Source: Gemmatimonadales bacterium (GTDB lineage Bacteria; Gemmatimonadota; Gemmatimonadetes; Gemmatimonadales; GWC2-71-9). Taken from it: DNA of 64,000 nt. Positions within the stretch are counted from its first letter, which is position 1. Every line of letters begins with the position of its first letter. Made by a program: the position numbers and the translations under genes. Below the pieces are notes generated by a model that saw only the letters and a list, made by a program, of their open reading frames with translations, did no database searches and was not told the origin of the DNA. This document shows, in pieces, positions 35,464-45,759 of this stretch. The stretch is taken from positions 163 to 64,162 of the forward strand of contig JBHEPH010000007.1 of the NCBI GenBank assembly GCA_046260395.1, written 5' to 3'.

Positions 35464-38144
35464 CCCGCGCAACCCAGCCGGGTGCGCTTGGCCCGCAACA
35501 CCGCCACCTGGTCCTGCCACGCCGCCAGCTTCTCGCGTTCCTTGTCCACCACCGCGGCGGGCGCCCGGCTGACGAACTGGTCGTTCGCCAGCTTCTGCTG
35601 TTGCCCGCCGATCTGGCCCTCGATCCGGGTCAGCTCGTCGCCCAGGCGACGGCACTCTTTGGCGACGTCCACCAGGTCGCCGAGCGGAACCGTGACCGCG
35701 GTGCCATCGGAGAGGACGGCGTGACCGCCGTCGGTGCCGGCCTCGCGGTGGTCGTCCTGGAGGTGCAACGCCGATACCTTGGCGAGGCGACGGACGGTGG
35801 CCGCCTCGGCGCCCACCGCGCGGCGCAGGAGGGGGCTGACCTGGCCGAGGCTCACCGAGATCGTGGCGCCGGGTTGCACGCCGTACTCAGCGCGGATCGA
35901 GCGGATCGCGCCGCACAGTTCCTGGAGTGCGCCGAACTCCCGGAGTGCCTCCGGGTCGCTGGCCCGCGGGTCGAGGCCCGGCCACGGCGCGGTCACCAGC
36001 GTGGCGTCGGCCGCCCGGCCGGGGAAGCGGGTCCATAGCTCCTCGGTGACGAACGGCATGATCGGATGCAGCAGCCGCAGGGCGACATCGAAGGTGGCCG
36101 ACAACACGGCGCGGGCCACGTCCCCGCCGGGCTGGTCGCCGTAGAGGCGCGGCTTGACCTGCTCGATGTACCAGTCGGCCAGGTCGTTCCAGAGAAAGCG
36201 GTAGATGGCGCTGGCGGCATCGTTCAGCCGGAACTTCTCGTAGGCCGTGGTCGCCTCGCGGATCGTCTCGTCGCAGCGGGCGATGATCCACCGGTCGGCC
36301 AGCCCGAGCTCCTCGCGGCGCACGACGTCGGGGTACGGACCGGCCAGCGGCCGCGGGGGCTCGGTCAGGTTGCCGAGAATGAAGCGCCCGGCGTTCCAGA
36401 GCTTGTTGGCAAAGTTGCGCCCGGGGGCGAACGACGTCTCGATGTCCCTGTAATCCAGGATCAGGTCGGTGCCCACGGCGGTGCCGCTGATGACGGTGTA
36501 GCGCAGCGCGTCGGCGCCGTAGGTGGCCACCACGTCCAGCGGGTCGATCCCGTTGCCGAGCGACTTCGACATCTTGCGATGCTGGGGGTCGCGCACCGTG
36601 CCGTGGAGGTAGACGGTGTGGAAGGGGATGTCGCCCATGAACTCGATGCCGGCCATCACCATCCGCGCCACCCAGAAGAACAGGATCTCGGGCGCGGTCA
36701 CCAGCACGTCACCGGGGTAGTAGCGCTTCAGGTCCGCCGTATCGTCCGGCCACCCCAGGCTGCTGAACGGCACCAGCCACGACGAGAACCAGGTGTCGAG
36801 GACGTCCTCGTCCTGCCGCACCGCGCCCCCGCAGCCGGGACAGGCGGTGAGGTCGGTGCGGCTGACCGAGGTGCGCCCGCAGCCGGGCGCGTCGCAGTAC
36901 CAGACCGGGATCCGGTGGCCCCACCAGAGCTGGCGGGAGATGCACCAGTCGCGGATGTTCTCCATCCACTGCGCGTACTCGTCGCCCCGCCGCTCCGGGA
37001 TGAAGCGCAGGCGGCCGTCACGATAGGCCTGGAGGGCCGGCGTGGCCAGCGGGGCCATCTTCACGAACCACTGGTCGGAGAGGCGGGGCTCGATGACGGT
37101 GTCGCAGCGGTAGCAGTGCCCCACCGCGTGGTGATGAGGGTCCACCCCCTCGAGCAGCCCGAGCGCCTCGAACTCCGCCACGATCTGCTTGCGCGCCTCG
37201 TAGCGATCGAGACCCTGGAACCGCTCGGGGATCGGGCCGGTCATCCGGGCGTCGTCGGTCATCACGTCGATCGCCTCGAGCCCGTGCCGGCGGCCGATCT
37301 CGAAGTCGGTCGGATCGTGGGCGGGGGTCACCTTGACGGCGCCGGAGCCGAAGTCCTTGTCCACCGCCTCGTCGGCGACCACTGGGATGTCGCGCTCCAC
37401 CAGCGGCAGGCGCACCGTCTTGCCGATCAGGTGGCGGTAGCGCGGATCGTCGGGATGCACGGCGATCCCGCTGTCGCCGAGCATCGTCTCGGGACGGGTG
37501 GTGGCCACGGTCAGGTGGCCGCCGCCCTCGAGCGGGTAGCGGAGCCGCCAGATCCGGCCGTCGGTCTCCTCCTTCTCCGCCTCCTCGTTGGAGAGGGCGG
37601 TCAGGCAGCGCGGGCACCAGTTGATGATGTACTTGCCGCGGTAGACCAGTCCCTTCTCGTACAGCCGCACGAAGACCTCGCGCACGGCGAGCGAGAGGTC
37701 GTCATCCAGCGTGAAGTAGGTGCGCGACCAGTCGCAGCTGGAGCCAATGGCGCGGATCTGCTGGAGGATCGTGGCGCCGGTTTCGTCCACATACGACCAG
37801 ACGCGCGGCACGAAGACCTCGCGACCGAGGTCGAAGCGGGTCTTGCCCTCCTTCGCCACGAGCTTCTCAACCATGTTCTGGGTGGCGATGCCGGCGTGGT
37901 CGGTGCCCGGGAGCCAGAGCGCGGCGCGCCCGCGCATCCGCTCGAAGCGGACCAGGGTGTCCTGGATGGCCTGGTTGAGGCCGTGCCCCATGTGGAGCTG
38001 CGCGGTGACGTTGGGCGGCGGCAGCATGATGACGTACGGGTCGCCGCCCGCGCCCGGGGCGAACAGGTTTCGGTCGGCCCAGGCGGCGTACCGCTCGGCC
38101 TCGAGCCGGCGGGGATCGTACTGCGGGGCAAGATCGGCGGTCAT
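35460..38144 (-). CDS. valS: valine--tRNA ligase
   Basis: PPPNVTAQLHMGH (HIGH), KMSKSLGN (KMSKS) and a C-terminal coiled coil. 894 aa. Confidence 0.97.
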   Translation of the reverse strand: MTADLAPQYDPRRLEAERYAAWADRNLFAPGAGGDPYVIMLPPPNVTAQLHMGHGLNQAIQDTLVRFERMRGRAALWLPGTDHAGIATQNMVEKLVAKEGKTRFDLGREVFVPRVWSYVDETGATILQQIRAIGSSCDWSRTYFTLDDDLSLAVREVFVRLYEKGLVYRGKYIINWCPRCLTALSNEEAEKEETDGRIWRLRYPLEGGGHLTVATTRPETMLGDSGIAVHPDDPRYRHLIGKTVRLPLVERDIPVVADEAVDKDFGSGAVKVTPAHDPTDFEIGRRHGLEAIDVMTDDARMTGPIPERFQGLDRYEARKQIVAEFEALGLLEGVDPHHHAVGHCYRCDTVIEPRLSDQWFVKMAPLATPALQAYRDGRLRFIPERRGDEYAQWMENIRDWCISRQLWWGHRIPVWYCDAPGCGRTSVSRTDLTACPGCGGAVRQDEDVLDTWFSSWLVPFSSLGWPDDTADLKRYYPGDVLVTAPEILFFWVARMVMAGIEFMGDIPFHTVYLHGTVRDPQHRKMSKSLGNGIDPLDVVATYGADALRYTVISGTAVGTDLILDYRDIETSFAPGRNFANKLWNAGRFILGNLTEPPRPLAGPYPDVVRREELGLADRWIIARCDETIREATTAYEKFRLNDAASAIYRFLWNDLADWYIEQVKPRLYGDQPGGDVARAVLSATFDVALRLLHPIMPFVTEELWTRFPGRAADATLVTAPWPGLDPRASDPEALREFGALQELCGAIRSIRAEYGVQPGATISVSLGQVSPLLRRAVGAEAATVRRLAKVSALHLQDDHREAGTDGGHAVLSDGTAVTVPLGDLVDVAKECRRLGDELTRIEGQIGGQQQKLANDQFVSRAPAAVVDKEREKLAAWQDQVAVLRAKRTRLGCAG

Positions 38145-38608
38145 GCGGACTGGGGCGCCCCCGTGGACGTGGCGTCCTCCTCGGCCGGCCGGTCATCCTC
38201 GCCGCGCACCAGCAGCGAATCGATCAGGCGGGTGGCGCCGGCGGCGGTGGCGGCCAGCCGAGTGGCGCGCGCGCGCAGGGTGCGCGAGGGGACCCAGCCA
38301 TGCAGCTCCACCGCGCCCCGGCCGGCCGGGATGACCTCGAGGGCAAGGCGGCTCAAGTCGGGGTCGGCATCGAGGGCGGCACGCACCCGTTCCCGCGGGG
38401 TGGCCGGCGCTTCGCGGTCATCGCCCGATCGCCGGAGTCCGGAGACGTAGTGGTTCATCCGTTGCTTCGTGACCCCGCCGGTCAGTTCACCGGCGAGCCA
38501 GCCGGCCAGCGCCCCTGCGGCGAAACCCGCCACCATCCAGAGTGCGCCGTGGCCCTCCCGGGGGTCCGCGTCGACCCGCCGTGCCACCCGTGCAGAAGTC
38601 CGTTGCAT
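38141..38608 (-). CDS. BON domain membrane protein
   Basis: TM helix ALWMVAGFAAGALAGWLAG, then LEVIPAGRGAVELHGWVPS...A......G...I.. BON-like pattern. ATGA overlap with the valS start. Confidence 0.65.
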   Translation of the reverse strand: MQRTSARVARRVDADPREGHGALWMVAGFAAGALAGWLAGELTGGVTKQRMNHYVSGLRRSGDDREAPATPRERVRAALDADPDLSRLALEVIPAGRGAVELHGWVPSRTLRARATRLAATAAGATRLIDSLLVRGEDDRPAEEDATSTGAPQSA

Positions 38609-38679
38609 CCCGTTAAGTTAATCAATTCCATGCCTTACGCGCAGCCGCATCACCCCGGAATTCACAGGGATCCGAGCGC

Positions 38680-38832
38680 ATGAACGAACCGCACCCCACC
38701 CGTTCCCCCCGCTTGTACGCCCGCTGGTTGCTGCCGGCGGTGCTGGTGCTCATCGGCGTGGCCCTCTTCTTCTGGCTGGGCCCAGACACCGCGCCGGTCG
38801 GCCAGGCAACCCGATTCGGGGGTCAGCCATGA
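38680..38832 (+). CDS. possible 50-aa single-TM small protein coupled to thrS
   Basis: My own translation gives MNEPHPTRSPRLYARWLLPAVLVLIGVALFFWLGPDTAPVGQATRFGGQP. Its TGA overlaps the thrS ATG (ATGA). It is too short for the ORF track. Confidence 0.4.
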   Translation: MNEPHPTRSPRLYARWLLPAVLVLIGVALFFWLGPDTAPVGQATRFGGQP

Positions 38833-40751
38833 GCACCATCCGGCTGACCCTGCCTGATGGCAGCGTGCGCGAGATGCCCCGGGGCAGCACCGGCCACGAC
38901 CTCGCGGCGGCGATCGGCCCGGGGCTGGCCAAGGCCGCGCTGGCCATCAAGGTGGACGGCGACCTGCGGGACCTGGGACGCCCAATCGAGGCCGATGCCG
39001 GCGTCACGATCGTCACCGACAAGGATCCCGACGCCCTGCCGCTGCTCCGTCACTCGGCTGCCCACATCCTGGCCACGGCGGTGCGCGAGATCTTCCCGCA
39101 GGCCGGCATCGGCTTCGGGCCCTCGATTGATGAGGGCTTCTATTACGACTTCGAGGTGCCGCGGCCGTTCACCCCCGAGGACCTCGAGCAGATCGAGGCG
39201 CGGATGCAGTCGGTCATTGCCGCGGACCATCCCTTCACCCGCGAGGTGGTGGACCGCGACGAGGCCAACCGCCGCTTCGCCGACGACCCGCTCAAGCTCG
39301 AGCGCATCAGCGAACTTGGCGAAGGTGAGACGATCACCATCTATACCGACGGCCCGTTCGTGGACCTCTGCCGCGGTCCGCACGTGCCGAGCACCAGCCG
39401 CCTCAAGCATTTCAAGCTGCTGACCACGGCCGGGGCGTACTGGCGTGGCGATTCGAAGCGCCAGATGCTGCAGCGGATCTACGGCACCGCCTTCCACAAG
39501 AAGGAGGACCTGGCCGCCCATCTCCACCGGCTGGAGGAGGCGCGCAAGCGCGACCATCGGAGGGTGGGGAAGGAACTCGACCTGTTCATGTTCCATCCGT
39601 GGGCGCCGGGCGCACCGTTCTGGACCCATCGCGGCACCACGATCTACAATGCGCTCAACGAGTACATGCGCGAGCTGCAGGTGCGCGACTACCAGGAGAT
39701 CCGCACCCCGCTGCTCTTCAACAAGGGACTCTGGGAGCTGAGCGGGCACTGGGGCAAGTACCGCGAGAACATGTTCATGGTGCTCGACAACGAGACCATG
39801 GAACACGACATGTCGCTCAAGCCGATGAACTGCCCCTCGCACCACATCCTCTATGCGTCGAAGAAGCACTCGTACCGCGAGCTGCCGATCCGCTACACCA
39901 CCTACGACGTGCTGCACCGCAATGAGGTGAGCGGGGCGCTGGCGGGGCTGACGCGGGTGCGCCAGTTCAGCCAGGATGACTGCCACATCTACCTGACCGA
40001 GGCGCAGATTCCCGCGGAGGTGCGGCGGCTGGTGGACTTCATCCTGGCCTACTACGGCACCTTCGGGCTCACCTCCCAGCTCAAGTTCGCCACGCGGCCG
40101 GCCCAGCGGATCGGGGAGGACGCGATGTGGGATCGCGCCGAGGCGGCGCTCCAGGCGGCGCTCGATGCCACCGGGCTGCCCTATGAACTGAAGCCGGGCG
40201 ACGGGGCCTTCTACGGCCCGAAGATCGACTTCGACGTGGCCGACTCGATCGGCCGCACCTGGCAGCTTGGCACCATCCAGCTCGACTACGCCGCGCCGGA
40301 CCGATTCGACCTCTCCTATGTCGGTGAGGACAACACCGATCACCGTCCGGTGGTCATCCACCGTGCCGTGAACGGCTCGTTCGAGCGGTTTATCGCCATC
40401 CTGATCGAGCACTTCGCCGGCGCCTTCCCGGTCTGGCTGGCGCCCGAACAGGTGCGGGTGCTGCCGATCTCGGACACCCAGGCGGGGGCGGCGGCGGCGG
40501 TGCACGAGCGGCTGATGGTGGCCGGCATCCGGTCGCACCTGGACGATGGCAACGACACGCTCAATTACCGGATTCGCGACGCCGAGGTGCACAAGGTGCC
40601 CTACATGGCGATCATCGGCCAGCGCGAGGCCGACGCCGACAGTCTGGCGCTTCGGGTGCGCGGGGCCGGCAACAAGCAGGAGGTCATGCCGGTGCAGGCG
40701 TTCCTCGCCCGCGTCAGCGGCGAGATCGCCAGCCGCGCGTTGGCCCCATGA
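38829..40751 (+). CDS. thrS: threonine--tRNA ligase
   Basis: TGS N-terminus (IRLTLPDGSVREM), HSAAHIL, class II motifs (FHKKEDL, RVRQFSQDDCHIY, GAFYGPKID) and a C-terminal anticodon-binding domain. Confidence 0.97.
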   Translation: MSTIRLTLPDGSVREMPRGSTGHDLAAAIGPGLAKAALAIKVDGDLRDLGRPIEADAGVTIVTDKDPDALPLLRHSAAHILATAVREIFPQAGIGFGPSIDEGFYYDFEVPRPFTPEDLEQIEARMQSVIAADHPFTREVVDRDEANRRFADDPLKLERISELGEGETITIYTDGPFVDLCRGPHVPSTSRLKHFKLLTTAGAYWRGDSKRQMLQRIYGTAFHKKEDLAAHLHRLEEARKRDHRRVGKELDLFMFHPWAPGAPFWTHRGTTIYNALNEYMRELQVRDYQEIRTPLLFNKGLWELSGHWGKYRENMFMVLDNETMEHDMSLKPMNCPSHHILYASKKHSYRELPIRYTTYDVLHRNEVSGALAGLTRVRQFSQDDCHIYLTEAQIPAEVRRLVDFILAYYGTFGLTSQLKFATRPAQRIGEDAMWDRAEAALQAALDATGLPYELKPGDGAFYGPKIDFDVADSIGRTWQLGTIQLDYAAPDRFDLSYVGEDNTDHRPVVIHRAVNGSFERFIAILIEHFAGAFPVWLAPEQVRVLPISDTQAGAAAAVHERLMVAGIRSHLDDGNDTLNYRIRDAEVHKVPYMAIIGQREADADSLALRVRGAGNKQEVMPVQAFLARVSGEIASRALAP

Positions 40752-42040
40752 ACGCAGTGGGCGGCAGCCCCACGCTGGTCCGGCAGATCGGCGTCGGCGG
40801 GCTGTCGCTCACCGTGGTCAACCTGATCGTCGGGGTCGGGATATTTGGCCTCCCCGGGCTTCTCGCCGCCCAGCTCGGCCCCGCCGCCGTCCTCGCCTAC
40901 CTTGCCTGTGGTGTGCTGGCCGTGTTGATCGCGCTCTGTCTCGCGGAGGCGGTCAGTCGCGTGCCCGAAGCCGGTGGCGTCATGGCAGCCAGCGGTGCCG
41001 CCTTTGGTCCGGTGGGCGCCTCGGTCGTCGGCAACCTGCTCTGGTTTGCGAATGGCGCCCTGGCCAGTGCGGCCATCGCGGCACTGCTCCTCAACACGCT
41101 CGCGGCCTTCATGCCGTCCCTCGCGGGCGGCCTGACCCGTGTCGGCTTCCTGGCGCTCCTCTACCTGGCGCTGGCCTGGACCAATGTCGCCGGGGTGCGG
41201 CAGAGCCTGGGCGCCACCATCGTGGTCTCGGTCCTGAAGTTCACCCCGCTGGTCCTGCTGGTTCTGGTCGGCCTGCCGCAGGTCGAGGTCGCCAACCTCC
41301 GTTTCGAGACGCTCCCCTCCGCGGGAGAACTCTCGGCGGGCGTCATCATCCTCTTCTTTGCCTTCCAGGGCGGCGAGGCAGCGCTCTGCACCAGTGGGGA
41401 GGCGGTGCGCCCTGAGCGGACGATTCCACTTGGGCTGGGACTCGGCATGCTGCTCGTTGGGTTGCTCTACCTTGGGTTGCAGACGGTGGGGCAGGGCGTG
41501 CTGGGTGACGGACTGGCCCAAGCCGGCGACGCCCCGCTCGTTGCCATCGGCCAGGCGTTGTTCGGCCCCGCCGGCGCCCAGCTGATCCTGTTCGCGACCG
41601 TCATGTCGGTCCTGGGCATCCTGATGGTGGACACCCTCTCCATGCCCAGGGCGCTGTATGGCCTGGGGGAGCGAGGCCTCCTGCCGCGCGCGCTGAGTCG
41701 GGTGCACCCGGCGTGGCGGACTCCGCACGTTGCCATCATCAGCTACGCCACCGTCGGATTCCTCCTCGCCGCCTCGGGCACCTTCCGGCAGCTGGTCCTT
41801 TTCAGCGCCGGCGGCACGCTGGCCATGCACCTGGTGACCGCGGCGGCGGTCCTCAAGCTGCGCCGGGACCCGGCGATGGTGGCGCGACCCGGCTTTCGGA
41901 TTCCCGGCGGGGCGCTGGTCCCGGTCCTCACCCTGATCGTGATCGCCGGGCTGCTCTGGACCCTGACCCTCCCCGAGATCGGCGCGCTGGCGCTGCTCTG
42001 TGTGCTCGCCGCCCTGCCCGCCCTGCGACGGGGGAGCTGA
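40748..42040 (+). CDS. APC family amino acid permease
   Basis: About 12 TM helices. N-terminus LSLTVVNLIVGVGIFGLPG is typical of APC transporters. ATGA overlap with thrS. Confidence 0.85.
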   Translation: MNAVGGSPTLVRQIGVGGLSLTVVNLIVGVGIFGLPGLLAAQLGPAAVLAYLACGVLAVLIALCLAEAVSRVPEAGGVMAASGAAFGPVGASVVGNLLWFANGALASAAIAALLLNTLAAFMPSLAGGLTRVGFLALLYLALAWTNVAGVRQSLGATIVVSVLKFTPLVLLVLVGLPQVEVANLRFETLPSAGELSAGVIILFFAFQGGEAALCTSGEAVRPERTIPLGLGLGMLLVGLLYLGLQTVGQGVLGDGLAQAGDAPLVAIGQALFGPAGAQLILFATVMSVLGILMVDTLSMPRALYGLGERGLLPRALSRVHPAWRTPHVAIISYATVGFLLAASGTFRQLVLFSAGGTLAMHLVTAAAVLKLRRDPAMVARPGFRIPGGALVPVLTLIVIAGLLWTLTLPEIGALALLCVLAALPALRRGS

Positions 42041-42126
42041 GCGGGCGATTATATTAGACTGGCTCGGCTGCGATGCTTCGCGACCGTGCTTCCTGTATCC
42101 AGTAAACCCGTAGCCGGAACCGACGC

Positions 42127-43314
42127 GTGTCAGACGCCACCACACCAGTCATCCTCTCCGCCACCCGCACCCCGGTCGGGAAGTACCTCGGCGGGCTGTC
42201 CTCCTTCAGCGCCCCGCAACTCGGTGCGATCGCGATCCGTGAGGCGGTCCGGCGAGCCGGGGTGGAGGCCGCCCAGATTGAAGAAGTCATCATGGGCCAC
42301 GTCCTGCAGGGCGGGGCGGGGCAGGCCACCGGCCGCCAGGCCATGATCCAGGCCGGGCTGCCGGGTATCATTCCGGCGCTGACCATCAACAAGGTCTGCG
42401 GCTCCGGGCTCAAGGCGGTCATGCTGGCTTCCCAGGCGATCAAGGCCGGCGATGCCCAGTGCCTCGTGGCGGGTGGCATGGAGGTGATGAGCGCCTCCCC
42501 CCACTATGTCTACGGCATGCGTGGCGGCATCAAGATGGGTCACCAGGAGATGAAGGACGGCATGGTCCACGATGGGCTGTGGGACTCCTTCGGCAACGTC
42601 CACATGGGGTCCTACGCGGAGTACACCGCCGAGAAGGCGGGGGTGACCCGGGCCGACCAGGACGAGTTTGCCTTCCACTCCCACCGCAAGGCGGTGGCGG
42701 CGATCGAGGGCGGCAAGTTCAAGGCGGAGATCGTGCCGGTCGAGGTGAAGACCCGCACCGGCACGACGGTGGTGGACACTGACGAGGGCCCGCGCAAGGA
42801 CACCACCATCGAGGCGCTGGCCAAGCTGCGGCCGGCGTTTCAGAAGGATGGCACCGTCACCGCCGGCAATGCGCCGAGCGTCAACGACGGGGCCAGTGCG
42901 CTGGTGGTGGCCTCGCTGGCGTTCGCCAAGGCCCAGGGCCTGACACCGCTGGCCAGGGTGACGGCCTACGCAACCGGTGGCGGCGAACCCAAGGACCTGT
43001 TTTTTGCGCCGATTCTTGCGGTGCAGAATCTGATGGCCAAGGCCGGCACCAGCATCGGCGACTACGACCTGATCGAGGCCAACGAGGCGTTTTCGGTGCA
43101 GGCTCTGGCCGATGGCCGCGCCCTCGGCTGGGACTGGGACCGGGTCAACGTGAATGGTGGGGCGGTGGCGCTGGGGCACCCGATCGGGTGCAGCGGTGCG
43201 CGGGTCCTGACCACTCTCTTGTATGCCATGCAGGACCGCGGCGCCCGCACCGGCCTCGCGACCCTCTGTCTTGGTGGCGGCAACGCCGTCGCCCTTTCCG
43301 TGGAGGCACTGTGA
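42127..43314 (+). CDS. acetyl-CoA C-acetyltransferase (thiolase II)
   Basis: [12 protein letters not shown] (active-site Cys), [19 protein letters not shown] and CLGGGNAVA. Confidence 0.95.
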   Translation: MSDATTPVILSATRTPVGKYLGGLSSFSAPQLGAIAIREAVRRAGVEAAQIEEVIMGHVLQGGAGQATGRQAMIQAGLPGIIPALTINKVCGSGLKAVMLASQAIKAGDAQCLVAGGMEVMSASPHYVYGMRGGIKMGHQEMKDGMVHDGLWDSFGNVHMGSYAEYTAEKAGVTRADQDEFAFHSHRKAVAAIEGGKFKAEIVPVEVKTRTGTTVVDTDEGPRKDTTIEALAKLRPAFQKDGTVTAGNAPSVNDGASALVVASLAFAKAQGLTPLARVTAYATGGGEPKDLFFAPILAVQNLMAKAGTSIGDYDLIEANEAFSVQALADGRALGWDWDRVNVNGGAVALGHPIGCSGARVLTTLLYAMQDRGARTGLATLCLGGGNAVALSVEAL

Positions 43315-43883
43315 ACCTGACCCCTGGATCCGCTGGCGCGGCCGGCCTGCCCATCACCCAGGTGACCACTGGCACCCGCGTCGTGGCGGTGTCCATCGCG
43401 GTCGCGGTGATGGCCGCCTCCGCCCAGGTGGCGGTGCCGCTTCCCTTCACGCCGGTGCCGGCCACCCTGCAGCCGGTGGCGGTCCTGACCATCGGTGCCC
43501 TGCTCGGCTCGCGGCTCGGCCTGGCGGCGCTGGTGTCGTATCTCATCGTGGGCGCGGCCGGCCTGCCGGTCTTCGCGATGGGTGGCGCCGGCATCGCGCG
43601 CCTGATCGGGCCCACCGGCGGGTACCTGCTGGCGTTCCCGGTGGCGGCGGCCGTGGCGGGTCTGGGTGGCGGCCGGCGGCTGCGCACCATGATCCCCGCG
43701 ATGATCGCTGCCATGGTGGTGATCCATGCCGGTGGCGCCGCGTGGCTCGCGATCCTTGGCAATGATCCACGGTTCGCGTTTGAGGCGGGATTCCTGCCGT
43801 TCCTCACCGGCGACCTGTTCAAGATCGCGCTCGCGGTGGTGCTGGTGCTGCTGCTCGCCCCGCGACTCCGCCTGACGCGCTGA
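43311..43883 (+). CDS. bioY: biotin transporter BioY
   Basis: VPLPFTPVPATLQPVAVLTIGALLG...GPTGGYLLAFP is the BioY signature. GTG 43311 overlaps the thiolase stop (GTGA). Confidence 0.88.
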   Translation: MNLTPGSAGAAGLPITQVTTGTRVVAVSIAVAVMAASAQVAVPLPFTPVPATLQPVAVLTIGALLGSRLGLAALVSYLIVGAAGLPVFAMGGAGIARLIGPTGGYLLAFPVAAAVAGLGGGRRLRTMIPAMIAAMVVIHAGGAAWLAILGNDPRFAFEAGFLPFLTGDLFKIALAVVLVLLLAPRLRLTR

Positions 43884-43885
43884 AC

Positions 43886-44749
43886 GTGACCGGCTCCCCA
43901 GGACTGCTCGTGATGCCGGCCTGGAAGGCCGCGGGATGGTCGCTTGCCTTCCTGGTGCTCGGCATGGCGCTCACCATTGTCCTGCTGATTCCCGCGGGGG
44001 CGGTCTTCCCGCTCGGGTTTGAGGCACCCCTGCAGGCGGCGCTGGTACAGGCCGCCTGCATGCTGCTGGCCTTCGGTGTGGCCACCTGGTTCATCGGCCT
44101 GCGGGTGCTGCGACTGACGCCCGGCGACCTGCGCTGGTCCACCCCCCGCGAGGGCGGCCGGGGATTCATGGTCGGGTTCCTGCTTGGCGGTGTCCCGGCG
44201 ATCGTGGCGCTCGGAGCCGGTGCCCTCCTCAGCTCCGCCGGCTGGCGGCTTGACGGTGGTGGCGTGGTGGAGTGGTTGGGGGTCGCCGCGCTCACCGGCT
44301 CCATCCTGCTCCCGGCCGCGTTTGCGGAGGAAGTCATCTTCCGCGGGGTGCCATTGGTGCTGCTGGCGGTGGCCCTCGGTCGGTGGGTGGCGGGGCCGCT
44401 GCTGGCCGGGCTCTTCGCGCTGGCCCACCTGGCCAACCCGGGTGTCACCGTGCTGGCGTTGGGCAACATCGCCATGGCCGGTGTGTTTCTGACCGCGTGC
44501 TTCTACCTTCCGGGCGGTCTCTGGACGGCCACCGGCGCGCACCTCGGCTGGAACCTCAGCCTCGCGGCGCTGGCGGCGCCGGTGAGCGGCCTGCCGCTGG
44601 CGATGCCAATGCTGGACTACGTCGCCGGCGGGCCGGCCTGGCTGACCGGCAGCGGCTTTGGTCCCGAGGGGGGCGTGGTGGCCACGGCCGTCCTCCTGAT
44701 GGCCACCGTGCTGGTGGCCCGGCGCATTCCCCGGGAGCGCGTGTCATGA
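43886..44749 (+). CDS. CPBP (CAAX) family intramembrane glutamic endopeptidase
   Basis: [13 protein letters not shown] (EExxxR motif) and a later H-containing motif FALAHL. Multi-TM. Confidence 0.8.
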   Translation: MTGSPGLLVMPAWKAAGWSLAFLVLGMALTIVLLIPAGAVFPLGFEAPLQAALVQAACMLLAFGVATWFIGLRVLRLTPGDLRWSTPREGGRGFMVGFLLGGVPAIVALGAGALLSSAGWRLDGGGVVEWLGVAALTGSILLPAAFAEEVIFRGVPLVLLAVALGRWVAGPLLAGLFALAHLANPGVTVLALGNIAMAGVFLTACFYLPGGLWTATGAHLGWNLSLAALAAPVSGLPLAMPMLDYVAGGPAWLTGSGFGPEGGVVATAVLLMATVLVARRIPRERVS

Positions 44750-45597
44750 CGAAGGTGGCGGTGATCGGGGCGGGCACCATGGGCAATGGCATCGCCCACC
44801 TCTTTGCCCAGCATGATTGGGAGGTCGCCCTCATCGACGTGGCCCAGCCGGCACTCGACAAGGGGCTGGCCACGATCCAGTCCAACCTGGAGCGTCAGGT
44901 CAAGAAGGGGACGCTGGCCGCGGACGCCCCGGCGGCGATCATGGGGCGGATCGCTGCGACCACGAGCCTCGACGCCGCTGCCGGCCATGACCTGGTCGTG
45001 GAAGCCGCCACCGAGAACCCGGTGCTCAAGTTCAAGATCTTCCAGGACCTGGACCGGATCGCCGGTCCGGATGCCATCCTGGCCACGAACACCAGCTCCA
45101 TCTCGATCACGGAGATTGCCGCGCAGACGGGCCGGCCCGCGCAAGTCATCGGGATGCACTTCATGAACCCGGTGCCAGTCATGCAATTGGTGGAGGTGAT
45201 CCGCGGGCACGCCACCAGTGATGCCACCACCACCCGCACCCTGGAGATCGCCACGCAGCTCGGCAAGACCCCGGTGGAAGTGAACGACTATCCCGGGTTC
45301 GTGGCCAACCGCATTCTCCTGCCGATGATCAATGAGGCGATCTACGCGGTCATGGAGGGGGTGGCCACGCCGGAGGCGGTGGACACGGTGATGAAGCTGG
45401 GCATGGCGCACCCGATGGGACCGCTGGCGCTGGCCGATTTCATTGGACTGGACGTCTGCCTGGCGATCCTCGAGGTGATGCACCAGGGGCTGGGCGACCC
45501 GAAGTACCGTCCCTGCCCGCTGCTGCGCCGCATGGTGGCAGCTGGACACCTCGGCCGGAAGAGCGGGCGGGGGTTCTACGACTACAGTAAGAAGTGA
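44746..45597 (+). CDS. 3-hydroxybutyryl-CoA / 3-hydroxyacyl-CoA dehydrogenase
   Basis: [17 protein letters not shown] Rossmann motif, TNTSSISIT and [14 protein letters not shown]. The ATG overlaps the CPBP stop (ATGA). Confidence 0.93.
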   Translation: MTKVAVIGAGTMGNGIAHLFAQHDWEVALIDVAQPALDKGLATIQSNLERQVKKGTLAADAPAAIMGRIAATTSLDAAAGHDLVVEAATENPVLKFKIFQDLDRIAGPDAILATNTSSISITEIAAQTGRPAQVIGMHFMNPVPVMQLVEVIRGHATSDATTTRTLEIATQLGKTPVEVNDYPGFVANRILLPMINEAIYAVMEGVATPEAVDTVMKLGMAHPMGPLALADFIGLDVCLAILEVMHQGLGDPKYRPCPLLRRMVAAGHLGRKSGRGFYDYSKK

Positions 45598-45735
45598 GCA
45601 GTGAGCAGTGAGAAGTAAGAAGTGAGAAGTGAGAAGTAAAAGGTGGGAGGAAAGGCAGCGAGCAGATTGTGGAGGCAGTACCCAGCGAGAGGCGCGACGG
45701 AGGGAGTCCACTTCTCCCGTCTCCCTTCTCCCTTC
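45586..45735. repeat. heptad purine-arm / pyrimidine-arm inverted repeat element, starting inside the last codons of the 3-hydroxyacyl-CoA dehydrogenase gene
   Basis: The purine arm agtaagaagtgagcagtgagcagtgagaagtaagaagtgagaagtgagaagtaaaaggtgggagg is separated by a spacer from the pyrimidine arm ccacttctcccgtctcccttctcccttc. The dehydrogenase stop TGA 45595-45597 lies within the first heptads. Confidence 0.9.
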
Positions 45736-45759
45736 AAACTTTCACGACCGGATCAACTC

